A stretch of 64,000 bases of DNA. It comes from Lepidodermella squamata (Eukaryota; Animalia; Gastrotricha). Under the pieces are notes generated by a model, which did no database searches, had not been told where the DNA came from, and saw only the letters and a list, made by a program, of their open reading frames with translations. The position numbers were made by a program, and so were the translations under genes. Every line of letters begins with the position of its first letter. The stretch's first letter is position 1. The stretch covers positions 4,526,001 through 4,590,000 of the forward strand of contig JBLDXI010000013.1 in assembly GCA_047495785.1 (NCBI GenBank), written 5' to 3'. Below, piece by piece: positions 40,400 to 53,324 of the stretch.

Positions 40400-41400
40400 T
40401 AAAATAATAATAGCTTTATCGTCACATCACAGAAGCAGGTTATCAGAACCATGTCAGCCAATCGTGGATATTTTCTTCGGATTTCCTCCTCGGCCTTCCT
40501 GAACAATCCTAGATCGGGATTGGTGGTAATATATGTCACCGGAATCACTGGTATCAATGTCACTCCAGAAATTCGCTTAAATCGATTGCTTGACCACAAA
40601 CTGGTAGGCCTTCCCTAAAACCTCGCTCAAACTTAAGATATCCAATACTGTTTACGTATAACGTTTTTCTGTGTTGTTGAAAAACGGGAAAAGAATTAAT
40701 AGATCGACTAGCGGCTCCGTAAAAATGTTATCTTTTTCAATCACGGATGAGTCTTCATCATCCTTTCCGAATGTTAAGTGCAAAGAGATCGTTCAACGTC
40801 GTGCTTGAAGGCTCCTCTGACGTCGTAAAAATATTATCAACGAGCTTGAAGGCATCATCGATCACCTTGGTTTGTTTGGCGAATGCTTCGTCGCCCCCAC
40901 TTAACTTACAGAGCACGGCCACAAAACTCCGAAATGTTGATGAATTTCAGACAGAAAAGCACCGGTGCGTGAGTTTCTCCTTAAGGAGTTTTACATAATC
41001 AAAACGGTAATTAAAAACAGTTTGAAAAATCATGCAGCAATTTATTTTCAGAAGTTTCGAGACACAATCACCTATCACTATCAACGTCAGGCAACAATTG
41101 GAGAGGCATTCGAGATCATCGCGTTGAGTGAATTTTTCTGTCAAATAACTTCAAATCTGGCGTGTCGATTAGTCAGAGTAGCCAATGAAAATTTGGTTTG
41201 CAGATAGGCATTCTTTGAAAATTGTTGATCTTCGAAGAACAATCGTTGGTAGATTTCTGATACAGGCGTAGTTCATTGGAGTAGTTCGGGGTTCACTGCT
41301 CAACACGCGTATCCCTTCACCAAGCAGCACATTTCAGTTCCATAGGCCTCATCTTGACATTTTTCAAAGCACAATCGCGTAAAATTGAGCGCATTACCTA
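40400..41400 (-). pseudogene. decayed coding remnant, possibly a hAT-like transposase C-terminus
   Basis: Broken frames with acceptor-like sites. YITTNPDLGLFRKAEEEIRRKYPRLADMVL loosely resembles the hAT dimerisation motif. Confidence 0.25.
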
Positions 41401-42293
41401 TGGAAAGATGAACAGAAATCAAGGAAATAAACCAAAAATGCTCATAAACCATAAGAAATTAGTAAAAAATGAAGATTTGATGATGGATTGATCTATCAAT
41501 AAGCTCGTGGCAAACACATTCACTCAAGGCAAACATTGCCCATTTTCCACACGGAATTTTAAAACACAGTTGAAAACAGTGCCGTGTTGGCTTGTTTTTG
41601 TTCTCAATGGAATTATCAGCTGATTACGGAGCATGCTGGGGATAATTATGATCCCCTATTCGGATAATTTTTCAGGCGTAGGTACACAAAAGGAGGCAAC
41701 GCCGGCCACGACTGATTGTCCAATATTATATTTACCGAAAATTTGTATTCTAATTTTATTTGATTCAGCCGTTATCAGCCGACTGTGAACTATATTTACA
41801 GTCCGTGCAGATTCAGTGAAGCATACGCATAAGATTCATGAATTTGGTGACATTAGGCATTGAATTTGGCATTTTGAGTTAGGTTCCGCAATTTCAAATT
41901 TAGGTTCCGCTAAAACATATTCCGATTTTAATACTCAAAAAAACGATGTATGATACGCGTAGTATCAACACTGCAGAGAACATCTGATTTGGTTTGAATG
42001 ATTTGATTCGTTTCGGTCATCAGATTTGATTCAAATATGAAAGCAGATCGTTCAATTTGATTGAAAATGATAAATTTAAAGGCTCGATGACTTATAGGTG
42101 AATTTAAATCAAATTTATTAACACCCACAGCATCAGATTCACATTTAGGGTTGACGCGCTATTTGGCAAATAGATTTCAATATCTCCGCACTATTGCGTA
42201 CCCTGTAAGTATTATGCTTTTCGTCGGATTCGCAGCAAGAGCGCTCTTCCATCCATAACCGGAGCAGATGGGAGATGAGGGTGCCGAAAAAAG

Positions 42294-42873
42294 CTTGGAG
42301 GAATAGACATGGAGTGATGACTCGCCTATTATAGAGATCGTATCGCGCGCACGACGGGGGGGGGGGGGGGGGGGCCGCCGCCTGCCTCACATGCGCGCGC
42401 GCGATGAGGAAACGGTAGCACGTTGGTACCATTTTTTTCGTCAATTTATGTGATATTGAGTTGCGCTTTGGAATGTAGATAGCAGAAAGCGAGACGCACC
42501 GGTACATCTAAAAATTATTTTACTCTAACCCAGGATTAGGGAGAAACCGGAGAAATACGTGAGCGCCTATGTTTTTAATGCTGGCGCGCAATACAAAACC
42601 TTGTGGTACCGTTTATTTCATAACGGTAAAAGATATTTCAATAAAATTTGGTATAGTTATAGACAATAGTGAATCCTACCGGTACATCAAAAAACGTCAT
42701 CTGTATGATGCACAGTTGCTGAGAAATCACGCATCAAAGTTTAAAAAATTCGCGCGCGTCCCAAGTCACGTGAGCTAGAACAATGCGGGCGCCCTACTGA
42801 GCCACTCATCCTTTGCTGACTGATAGTGCGCGCAGATAAAGCGAGTCATCACTCCATGTACTATTACTCCAAG
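42294..42873. mobile_element. non-autonomous TIR element with 8-bp TSD and internal G19 run
   Basis: TIR CTTGGAGGAATAGACATGGAGTGATGACTCGC / GCGAGTCATCACTCCATGTACTATTACTCCAAG. TSD GAAAAAAG at 42286-42293 and 42874-42881. Confidence 0.88.
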
Positions 42874-44705
42874 GAAAAAAGCCCAATGCAGAGTTAAATC
42901 TCTCGAAAAAACTCGTTATGACCATTTCAGCAGTTCCTTCAGATGTTAGTCCCGGAGAATCTTGGTATTTTCGGTAGATCAGATTAAGAGCGATACGTTA
43001 TTCGTTATTCGAGCACAAAATCAGAGCTATGATGGTGGGCTTGCTGTCGAATTTCGACACCATCGGAGCTGCTGACATAAATGATCGGACGATGATTTAT
43101 TCTTATGAGGACAATTGCTTAAGAGATGGCGACATTACCATGCTAACTCATTTCTTAAATGAGTCGCTTTCTGCCAATCGCCGATCAGTAGCCCGTTCAC
43201 CAGTTTAAGAAGAGCGGCAGTGTGGAATGGTCAATGCTATTTCAAAAGGTCTCCAATAGCTACTTACTACGCGGAATTTTCAACTCATTTAATTAGATTG
43301 AGTAACGGTAGCTAGGTGGGCGAGCGTCTGCATACTTGACCTATTTGAGATAACAGCTGGCGAGACTATTATAATTATCGAGATTGGAGGAATACTTTGC
43401 CCTATTGGTCAGGATGAATTGGGTACTCCTGTACTACTGGTACGAATCCACTTTCAGAAAACCTAAAGTCTAACTCTAACCCCACCCCTAAGCCTAACCC
43501 TTACTCGAACCCTGAACCCTAATCCAAAACCCAACAATAGTTAAGCATACCAAAAACTTAACAAGTACCAATAGTGCAATAGTGCAAAAGTGGGATGGCT
43601 GGGGTCAATTAAAAATCGCATCGATGTGAGACAGACCCCAGCAGTGATATCCAAATCCATTTTCCAAATGTATGTATGTATGTATGTATAATATCGTTGA
43701 ATTCGCACTAAGGCGGTCTTCCATTCAACGGACGCAGATGGGCGCGTCGAGGTAAGGTAGCGAGTTACCTCTTCTTTGTGTAGACGAAATCGTCCACATA
43801 AATCGTCCAAAATCGCTCACAAATCTAAAAAACGCGCGCTCCTTACCATGGAAACAATATATTTAATTTAAAAACATGTTTATTAATAAAAATAAATAAG
43901 TCAAACAATTAAAATAAAATAACGTCAGTAATGAATAGTCCAAGCGTCCTTAGGTACGATGCTGGCGTCCATCATCATTAATCTAATCTCTACTTTCTGT
44001 TCATTACTACTCTCTACTCACAATCACACATTCTTCACTCTTTTTATGCCTATCTTTTTGAGAGGAATCTTTTTGTGTTAAGAGAATTGCTATTGCGCTA
44101 TTGTACTAATATGCTATTGCAAACGTATTTGGAAATTTTTATTAATTGGCATCTTGGGTACTCCCTCGTGGAAATGATTGATGATTGATGAATTTGAAGC
44201 ATGAGAGGGAAGCAAGGATACCAATAAAATCTCGATAAATGATGCAACAGTCGAACTCAAAATCGGGAAAACATTGCCCGCGGTCCTTGTATGACAAAAC
44301 TGGAACAATATTTTAATGCTTTTAGCGCGGACGGTCCCGTATTAATGTGCCAGGAAAACATTCTCACAATTCTTCGGTGGCTTTATGACTTGCTTGCAGG
44401 TAAGAATAGATTAGAAAAATACAGAAGACAATGGCTGCGAATTTTTATCGTCATTGTGTTATGCTCCTTGAAAGTTTGGTTGTAGTCCGTTTATAACGTA
44501 AAGCTGTTGCTTTAGATATTTCATTGGAAAGATCCTGGAAGACTCCTGGTTATTCCTACGCAGGTTTTCGCCTATTTAATTTTCAATTCATGAAATTCTC
44601 CGTGATTTTCTGTATAAGACCTGGTCCTTACTTCCAGAACTCGTCGCCGTCGTGATCTCAATGAATTGCCTTACTGCCCGGAAAAAACCACGCTCAACCC
44701 CTAAA

Positions 44706-45010
44706 TACATTGTGTTTGAGGTTGTAAGTTGAAAAAAATATGCACGCTGATTGGTCAGTTGGCTCGTATCCATGACTCCGCCTTGCTACTTGATCGTGCG
44801 ATCCATAAAATGTTTGCAAAAAATATCTTTTTATGAATGGTTTTACGCATTTGTTGGAAACGCGTGCTACGATATGGCCTTCATAAAAATAATAAAAGCC
44901 ACAAATTATATAGATCGCACGATCAAGTAGCAAGGCGGAGTCATGGATACGAGCCAACTGACCAATCAGCGTGCGGATTATTTTCAACTTACAACCTCAA
45001 ACACAATGTA
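44706..45010. mobile_element. hairpin MITE with ~100-bp arms
   Basis: TACATTGTGTTTGAGGTTGTAAGTTGAAAA...GATCGTGCGATC and its reverse complement, about 100 bp apart. Explains the mirror-image ORFs here. Confidence 0.85.
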
Positions 45011-46647
45011 GTAATAGAGACTGAAATTTTAATCGGGTCTGCCATTTATTTACCTGAATCAACAAATTTAAGCCTAAGTGACCAAAATAGCATATATTTC
45101 TTGATGATTTACCGGATTTACGGCTAAATAATTGGTTTCTGAGCTCGCTAAGTGCCTCAAATAAGAGCCATTTCCAAAGGAAGTCCCCCTGACTTTGAGG
45201 CTGACTATGAGGCGTTAATTTGAGGCTGAAAGTTTTTTCGGGCAGTACGAAATTTGAAAATGGTGAGCGTTGCAAAAAGATGAGTGAACGTCGCTAATGA
45301 TGAGTGAGTATAGTGTAGCAAACTTTGCATGCGATTATGCTACAACACACTTGATATTGTGACTTTGACTCATGTTTTGCGTGTTGATATCTCCGGTTCA
45401 TTTTAAAGTGATATTATTAGGACTCGCTATTGAGGTGCACTTGTAGTCCGGTTTTTGGCTCACGAGAAGTGCACCACGTTTGATGATTTTATTTTGTTCA
45501 AGGGTTTGAATTGGCACACGTGCGCTTAGAGCGCGTGGTTTAGCACGTGCCTTTTCTCGATAATTCACGCTCGTGCTGTATCATACCTGTTGCGCAATTC
45601 AAATAACCGTAGCATGTTTAGCCCATCAAAATGTTCGCTTTTGACAGAATTCATTTAATTTGTTCGCTACTTTTCGAAGGATAACTTATACATTTTCCAA
45701 TAATTTTCAACATATTGAATAATTTTCTAATTTTTATCTAGTAATTTTCCTTGCCTAAGTAATTTGACCTATGATGCTCCTTCGCACCCTTGTTACACCC
45801 TATTCTCAGGGTTGCAACCTCTTGGTAGTATGGATTACACCCTTTATTAAAAAATAAACATGTCAAATATCGAATACCGTTGGGCTCAGCTACCTCAAAA
45901 TCTCGCAGCCTACCCACTGAAGTTAAACACAAATTGTAGCATTAACCGCACTGTCATTAATTCCGCATCCACATTTTACAAGATTTTTCAAAATAGCAAT
46001 CCTTGCAAATTGCCGCGGCCTTGATACTAAGGACCGAGACTTACGGACGAACTTTCCTTTTCACTCCCCTTTTTGCTCTTCCCTCACCTAAATAATATCA
46101 AAACTAATAAAGTCATATGAAAATGTTAATTTCATGATTTGGTAAGACCAATTCAGACCAATCGGTGAAATTTTTCATGCCATGCAACTGATGCAACCAA
46201 GTAGTCGGTAATTATTCTGTAAATTTGCAAGAGCTCATTTCCGTCTCGCCATAACTTATTCGACCATCAATTTTACTTGCACACCACCGTACTAGCAGTT
46301 ATTTTGGACAAATACATGGCTTTCAGCTCTAGAAAATCGGGAAATTTTTTATTAAGATGTGGCAATTTCAGGGTATGACCCAATTCCCATGTCTGCAAAA
46401 TGTTCAAAATGCAATGCAATGTATAACGGGATCATCATAGCCAAAGTGGGACCCTCTTAACCACCCGCCGTCTCAATCGGGGCCAGAACCTGCCACCTTA
46501 AAAATCAACTCCACCCGCTATCTTTAGCTCGACGCATTTATCAGGTCCAAAATTACCCCTCGTGAAATTTGAGCTCACCTGTAAAAAACTAGCTACGTCA
46601 AATGTCTAATTTTTTAAAGTCGACAGTTCATGGTGTCAGCTACTGCC

Positions 46648-46849
46648 GGTAAATGTTTCAGAGCAATCGGCTTTCAGGTTGACCGGGATTAAGGGGGTCC
46701 CAAATTGACTTTTTGAGACATCCCACTTTTTATTTATGATAAATCAGGCAACTATCTGAATACCTTTAATTTGGAACCGTTGGAAAGCCCGTCTTTCAAG
46801 GCTTCTTGAGATTTTAATGGTCATTTTTTTCTAAATTTTTGATTGAACA
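46648..46849 (-). repeat. dispersed repeat, inverted partner of 38537-38746
   Basis: Reverse-complement match to 38537-38746. Confidence 0.8.
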
Positions 46850-46875
46850 CTTACGCGTAGAAGTTTTTCTGAATC

Positions 46876-49800
46876 ATGTCTGCTGACGCTACTGCTGCTG
46901 GAGCTGCTGCTGCTGGTCTGCTGCTGCTTCCCGAAAACGCTCTAAACCAGTTGGGAAAAGCAGAGCTGGTACAACTCTGCCTCCAGTTCCAGCAGGTGAT
47001 CAAGCTCATAGCGAACGAGAAGAATGCTCAGCTCGCGGCAAAAGACGAGGAGATACAGAAGCTGCTACAAATCGCAGCCTCGCTGTCCGCCGCAAAACCT
47101 GCCGATGCCACTCGAGAGCGAACCAGCCCTGTAAGATTTTGATTTTTATCATACCGCCATGCCTTGACAGATGCATATTTCCAAAATTCCACTCAGGTTT
47201 ACAAACGAAAATTTGGTGGTGACTAAAAGTAATAATTAGTGTTGTCCGTCTTTGCATGTTTTTTGTTACATCTTACATGCGTTCTAAACGCAGCACCTAT
47301 GCTTGCACTAATTTTTTGTTTTTATCCGCTTGACGTGATTTATCCTTCTAGCGATATACCCTAACATAGTTACTATACTAACCTGATATAGGGTCGTATA
47401 TCACATTAAGCAAAATAACGCCTGCTTACGCGTTGTCAAGCGTTAAACCCAGACTATACTATCGCCACACAAAAATCAGTCCGGATGTTTGTTACATTTT
47501 CGAAAGCATGGCCTGTTTTCTCTTTCAAAGACATTCAAAAATACAAAACACCATTGCCTTATAACACCATTGCCTTTCTCGTTTCGGAGTTTTTAGGGGG
47601 GATTTATTTACCTATGAACACTCCAGAACTCCCCTAGAAATGAGGGGAAGAAATAAGAAAATATTTGAATAACCAGCAAATAAGGAAGGTAATTTTCGAA
47701 AATGCTAGGAATAAGAAAAAAATCCTACCAGACACCGTGCGATTTATATTAGAATATATACTGTATATCTACTAATTTTCGGTGGCCACTAATTTTCGGT
47801 TTTGGAGATTTCGGACCTGTACTTTCAATTTCGGTGGATTTGAATTCGGTTTGAGAGTTGATCCTGAGAAAAAAATTCGAAATTAGTCACTTTAAAATTG
47901 ATTTCAGTACTTCGATTTCGTGTTTTTACACGCTATGAGGAGATAATCACTGCTTTAGCAGCGTCAATGTCTGCTGCTTCCAATATCCTTACTACCTAAA
48001 ATTGCAGGTAACACAATTTTGGCACATTTTACCCTACTTTACCATGATGAAGCTGTATTGTAGAAAAGAACAATAAATTGGCCGAATTTATTTTCGGTGA
48101 TTTTGAATTCGGTATTTCCTCAAAAACACCGAATTCAAAGATCAAACCGAAAATTAGTGACCACCGAAAAATAGTAGATATACAGTATTTTACCGTTTAT
48201 TTAACCTTCCTCTTCGTGCTTCTGGCGTTTGGTAGCGATTGGCATAATTTGAAAAATTCGACCTTTCTTTATCCATATTATGTACGAAATTTTAATATTT
48301 TCTCTTATATTTTATAATGTTGTGTTTTTTTTAGCAAAACTATGGTTAATAATTGGGGTTGGGGGTTAGGGCTAGTTGGCAAGGTTCGGACTCTGGTTAG
48401 GGTTAGGCTTAGGGTTAGGGATAGGTCGAGTTTGGGGTTATTATTAAGTTCGATTTAATTATTTATCTATACCTTGCATTTTGCCGGTAACCATTTTCAA
48501 GCGGAAAATTGACTACGTTATTGGCTAATGACTGCAGTTTTGCTGAACCCTTTCATGGCCGACTGTTTTTTCAGCCAGCCAAAAAAATCGAATTATTAAA
48601 TTTTTAGGAAAATGTTTTTAGGCATTTTTAGGCATTTTTAGGCAAAGAACCTAGTCGGAAAATCGGCAACCGTATGCCAAACTAGGCACTTGGGCGCATA
48701 GTTCACCTCAGGTTCTGATTTCACTGAAAATTTCAATCACCATAGAATTTTGAATATAGATTCATCCAGATGAATTCATAGGATTCGTCAGCCAGGTTCC
48801 CGTTTTGCCATTTTTAGATGAAAGGTCATAAAAACGGAATACGTAGTCAATGAGACCCTGCCGGACACGGGTGTTAAGTCAGATCTAGCAGAAAAAATTC
48901 TGAGATGTCGATTTCTTCGATTGAAAAATGAAAAATAAAAAATCGCCCCTCGGTTTGAAATTTTGAAATTGCTCGCTTTCCGAGAAGCACAGGAGTACTG
49001 AAATTCGGGTTTCCGATTCTTGTGGGTAACATCCAAAAGCAGTATTTTACAAAAGGAGACACGAAAATACGAAAAACATAGAGAACGTAGTGATCAGAGT
49101 GCGCACTCACGCTTTTTTCTTGAAACAAAAACTTCTTTTTGTGCGCGCGCATCTTTTTTGAAAACATGCATGTTTTACATAGTAATTTCTTGTTTTTCAA
49201 CATTTTCCCGCGGAAATCGGTCGTCTATTATTTGCTGTCAAGTGGCACCGTATAATTCAAACCTGCTCTTTCACGTGGTAATGGCCGCTTGTTGCCGAAA
49301 ATGACCTATCATGGCAATATTCCAGTGGATATCGAATCGTCCCCTATGAGGTCGCCCACACTAACTTAGCTATTAGCAGTTACTAGGAACTAACCATGTC
49401 CCGGTTTGGATACTGCAAGATTCTTCATGAAACAAGCTTTCGGCAGATATATATAAAACTCCTAATTTTGATCACGCTATGCGTGCAAAATGAGTCTTAA
49501 ACTTCAGTGCATTTTATTCTAATTTTTCGGAGCAATTTAAAATTTAGATTTGAAAAGTTGAATGTTTCTTCAGCGATTTTTCAGTTTTTCATACAAAGCG
49601 TGCTGAGTTCGTTGTTTAGCATTCCTGAACTAATTTTGCATGAGCTTTTCAAATATTTCGGTTACAGACCTATAACTCGCTTCCATTATCGGCAAAAAAC
49701 GGGGGAATCTAATGTGGCAACGGAATTTTGAAAAACTCAATTTCTGGCTCCTAAGGAGACACAGGGATAACTTGGCATGCTGTTTTGAGCTTTTAGCCAG

Positions 49801-50914
49801 ATTCCTCACCTTCAAATGCCCTAAAGATGAGCTACAACTGAGTGCATGAGGTTAACATTGGTGTGTGCAGTGAAGCAAATTACGAATGTTTGCCAATAAT
49901 TTAGATTTTTGATAGCGCATTTCGAAAATCTGCATTTTTTGGTCGTACAATTTGAAGCTGCGTTTCTCAACAACCGTGATAGCTACGATCGCCGTTCAGA
50001 TATCGATTTACTCCTTGTGCTTCGACCTTAGCTTTAGTCATGACATTTTACCTGGCTGAAATTTCTGATGACGTGGATAGCTCCTTTTTCGGTGCCACTG
50101 GTCACTACAGTGTTTGTATTTGTAAGTAAGATACTAAGTGATACAAAAATTTCGGCATGGTGGGATTTTCATGAAAAGATAGAGCAAGAAACAATCTACG
50201 TGACGCATATTATAAGAAAAAAATATAAAATGACCGATGTCAAGTAAAAATCTTCAAAAAAATCAAAATTTGCATGTAAAAGGGCTATCCAAGAAAGTCG
50301 AAAAAATCGGAAAAAAGAATTAAGGAGGGGTTTTTCATTTATTTTTTGTTTCAATTTCGCATCGTGAGTGCGCAGTCTGATCACTACGTTCCCTATGACG
50401 AAAAATTAGCCGAGCTGTGAACGTGCAAAGTCAGAATTCCGAAATCGTCCTTATGGCCATGAAAGGGTTAAATAAACCAGCATTCATGATTTCCATGATT
50501 CCAGCTCGACTTTATTAAAAAAAAATATTATGTATGGAAGATTGCACCCTCAAAAATTATTGCGCAATGCCCCATTATTTCTTCTATGATTCTTTTGTCC
50601 GAAGAAAAGTGGTGACAACTACTTGGCTTTATTTCAGCATATCGGGAAATCAAAAGTAACCTACTCTGTTTAAAATTAGTTTTGGGCACATTTCTAATTA
50701 TTAAGGCTTCTTTGTTGTACGTGCTTATTGTTTTAAATTGTGTTACTAGTGGATCTAATTATTTTTAAAGAATTATTTACGACGCAATTTATCGTTTCAG
50801 ATGGAACGAGATCGAACGAAACTTCTGGATCACACGATTGTCAACCGCGAGGCGCTGATGAACGTGGCCGCCGAGTCCGAAACGAAAATGAATCTCGAAC
50901 CGAAACGAAAATGA
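46876..50914 (+). CDS. putative two-exon orphan coiled-coil protein (~122 aa)
   Basis: Exon 46876-47130 ends at a GTAAGA donor in phase 0. TTTCAG acceptor at 50800 opens MERDRTKLLDHTIVNREALMNVAAESETKMNLEPKRK* in phase 0. Heptad-like LIANEKNAQLAAKDEEIQKLLQ. Confidence 0.5.
47761..48185. mobile_element. Tc1/pogo-type MITE
   Basis: TA|CTGTATATCTACTAATTTTCGGTGGCCACTAATTTTCGGTTT...AAACCGAAAATTAGTGACCACCGAAAATAGTAGATATACAG|TA. Confidence 0.88.
48548..50467. mobile_element. piggyBac-like non-autonomous element
   Basis: TIR CCCTTTCATGGCC / GGCCATGAAAGGG. TTAA on the right flank, TGAA (one mismatch) on the left. Confidence 0.8.
49077..50397. mobile_element. CATAG-ended element nested in the piggyBac-like element
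   Basis: TIR CATAGAGAACGTAGTGATCAGAGTGCGCACTCACG / CGTGAGTGCGCAGTCTGATCACTACGTTCCCTATG. 8-bp TSD ACGAAAAA. Confidence 0.9.
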
Positions 50915-50959
50915 ACGAACTGAAATGAATCTCGCACTTCTCGTCCATCTACCTCCTTC

Positions 50960-51419
50960 GTCCTACTGATCGTCCATCCTATCCACAGCATCAAAGATCT
51001 AGGTCTCCATGTTGATGATTCTCTGCGTCCTTCAATCTGTCCTCTGTGTTTCATCTTTAAAATTATTGATTGGCTCTGTAGCTACCACCCTTAAAAATAA
51101 TATTTTACTAATTAATCTACTCCATCGACTGCGCGTACATAAGTTCCTGATGGCTCTTACAAAAACGCTACCTCTGTCTGTTTCCACAATTTCTTGCTAA
51201 ATAGAATTTTTAATATTTGGAATGAGCTACCTGAAAGTATTTTTGAAATTGATAGCACTCTTTTATATTGTTATGCAAAATGATATTATCTTTAAAAATA
51301 ATACCTATTAGAAAGACTGACTTTAAAAATTATCTAACTTCAAGGTTTGAATGTCTGCTGACCCTTTCTGTCCGCGAAACCTTGGTGTCGAAATAGAAAT
51401 TATTATTGTTATTATTATT
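50960..51419 (+). mobile_element. CR1/L2-clade LINE 3' remnant
   Basis: IKDLGLHVDDSLR (50990) and HNFLLNRIFNIWNELPESI (51185) match ORF2 C-terminal motifs. Followed by an (ATT)n tail. Confidence 0.7.
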
Positions 51420-51429
51420 CAGAAATAAT

Positions 51430-51913
51430 GTAGAACCGATCAATGTAGATTTTCCTTTGGTTATCGTTTAGCTCCTATTTGGAATAGTCTTACTGATGAA
51501 ATCGTTTCCTTAAGTAATTCTCGAATATTTGAATATAAATTAATGAACACTAATTTATCACAGCATTTACGCTGCTCTTTACTGTAAATTAACTGTACCA
51601 ATTTAATGTGAAAGTGTGCTCTATTGACAGCCAATTTCGGATAGTCTTTTTGTTTCAAAAATGAATGCAAAAAAAATAAATTAAAATGCATCAACAAGTT
51701 GTTTCAAAATAAATTGCGTCGCAAAATTGCTACTCTGTGTTTGATTCGTGAAAACGCTTTTATTATTTGTCGGAAGCTTATGGCTGCGATGCAGCCGCAA
51801 AAGATGACGGAAAGGGTGTACCAAGGTTCCAGCTCTAAACATGCTTCTTTTTCAGCTGAGCTGTCCTACATCCCTTGGATATTAATGCTCATAAATAAAT
51901 AATAGATAAATAA
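51430..51913 (+). mobile_element. second CR1/L2-like LINE 3' remnant
   Basis: CRFSFGYRLAPIWNSLTDEIV motif; (AATA)n tail near 51890. Confidence 0.55.
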
Positions 51914-52696
51914 CAGATTTCTCAAAACTTCTCGCTTGAATCTCAATTTATTTTGGCATGCCTATAGCCGATGGATCAAATTTCTGCCTGCAGAGCAGCT
52001 ATGAATATTCCAAGTATCGATTTTAGAAATCACTTACCTTATTTGTTTCTATCGCAGCCGCGCTGCTAAAATTTCAACCCGAAATTTTGAAAAATTCGAA
52101 AATTAATTTTCGGTATAATTGTTCATTTTTGGTGTTTTCGAACCGACTTGACCCCTCAGCCCTGCGCTATTATTATGGATGGGCGAATATTATAGGGTTA
52201 TCAGCGACTGTGCTACTATTGGAACAAATACGGTACTTATTCTCAACCGTCTTGGAACCCATCAACGTCGATAATAATCTTTCCACATTGCTTAAGGGGC
52301 ACCCACCCATGGAGCAAAAAGAAAAATAACTTTTTCTATGAGGTCACCATAATAAATGTTTTTTAAATATTATAGAAAAATCCCAGGTCATGAGGGGAAA
52401 TCAACAAGAGGGATAAACAGAAAAGCCTGAAGCGCAAAGAATCAGGAAAATGCAGGTAGTGTCAGAACGCTTAATAATGGCTGGAACCTCATCTCTACAT
52501 ACTGGAATTTTGCCAACCTATGTAGCAGAGCCTGTGTTTTATTTTCGACGTTACAATAAGGCCTCATAGTTTTATTCAAAGTTCGAAGATTCGCAAAAGC
52601 GACTTGAATAATTCATTTTTCTAACATCATTTATGCTCATATCACCAAATAAGAGGCATGGACCTGTAAATAGCATTGCTTATTCCACAGCTTCAT

Positions 52697-53071
52697 TTAA
52701 TTAGTTTTAAGCTGCTTTGCAGTTCGATCTGCGGGAATCGGCACAATCGGCATATCGTCCCAGTCCCATTCGCCGGACGCGAACTCGACCGCCGCTCCGA
52801 TGTAGGGCGCCGATGCACCCGGCCAAACTGGAGCACCCAGGGTGCCGGCACCCTGACCCTGGCCGAATTTGTTCGCACCCTGATTGGGCCAGTTCCAAGC
52901 TTCTGGGGTGCAGCATTCGCCAGATTGCGACGCAATTTCAACTCGATTGATGTTTTCCTCTGAAGATAACCCGTCGTTATTGTCATTTGTTCCGGACAGT
53001 CGTATCACTGAACCATTGACAATGGCAACCAAAAGGCCAACGATGTAGAAGATGACCCGAAAAATTCTCAT
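52697..53071 (-). CDS. small secreted orphan protein (124 aa, single coding exon)
   Basis: Signal-peptide-like MRIFRVIFYIVGLLVAIVNG, GC-rich coding-like body in AT-rich flanks, minus-strand AATAAA at 52571-52576. Confidence 0.65.
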   Translation of the reverse strand: MRIFRVIFYIVGLLVAIVNGSVIRLSGTNDNNDGLSSEENINRVEIASQSGECCTPEAWNWPNQGANKFGQGQGAGTLGAPVWPGASAPYIGAAVEFASGEWDWDDMPIVPIPADRTAKQLKTN

Positions 53072-53324
53072 TTTTTCGTAGCAAAAATTTGAAAAATAAT
53101 TTGTGATAATGATAAAAAAGACCATCAGTTAATTAAAAGACGAGTCAATTTATTGACCAAGTTCGTGATCATAAAAATTATAATGACAACAATAAAATGA
53201 CGACGCTAAAATAATCATTATTATTTACAGGCGAGTGCTCAACTTTTTACACCACCGGACCAAAAATCCGACATGATTTTGGCTTTGGAATGATTTTACG
53301 AATCTTGCCGATGAATTTTACGTA

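Noticed and set aside
43666-43760. RTE-type LINE 3' end with (CATA)n tail
   Set aside because: Only a short microsatellite and a vague peptide resemblance; insufficient to call.
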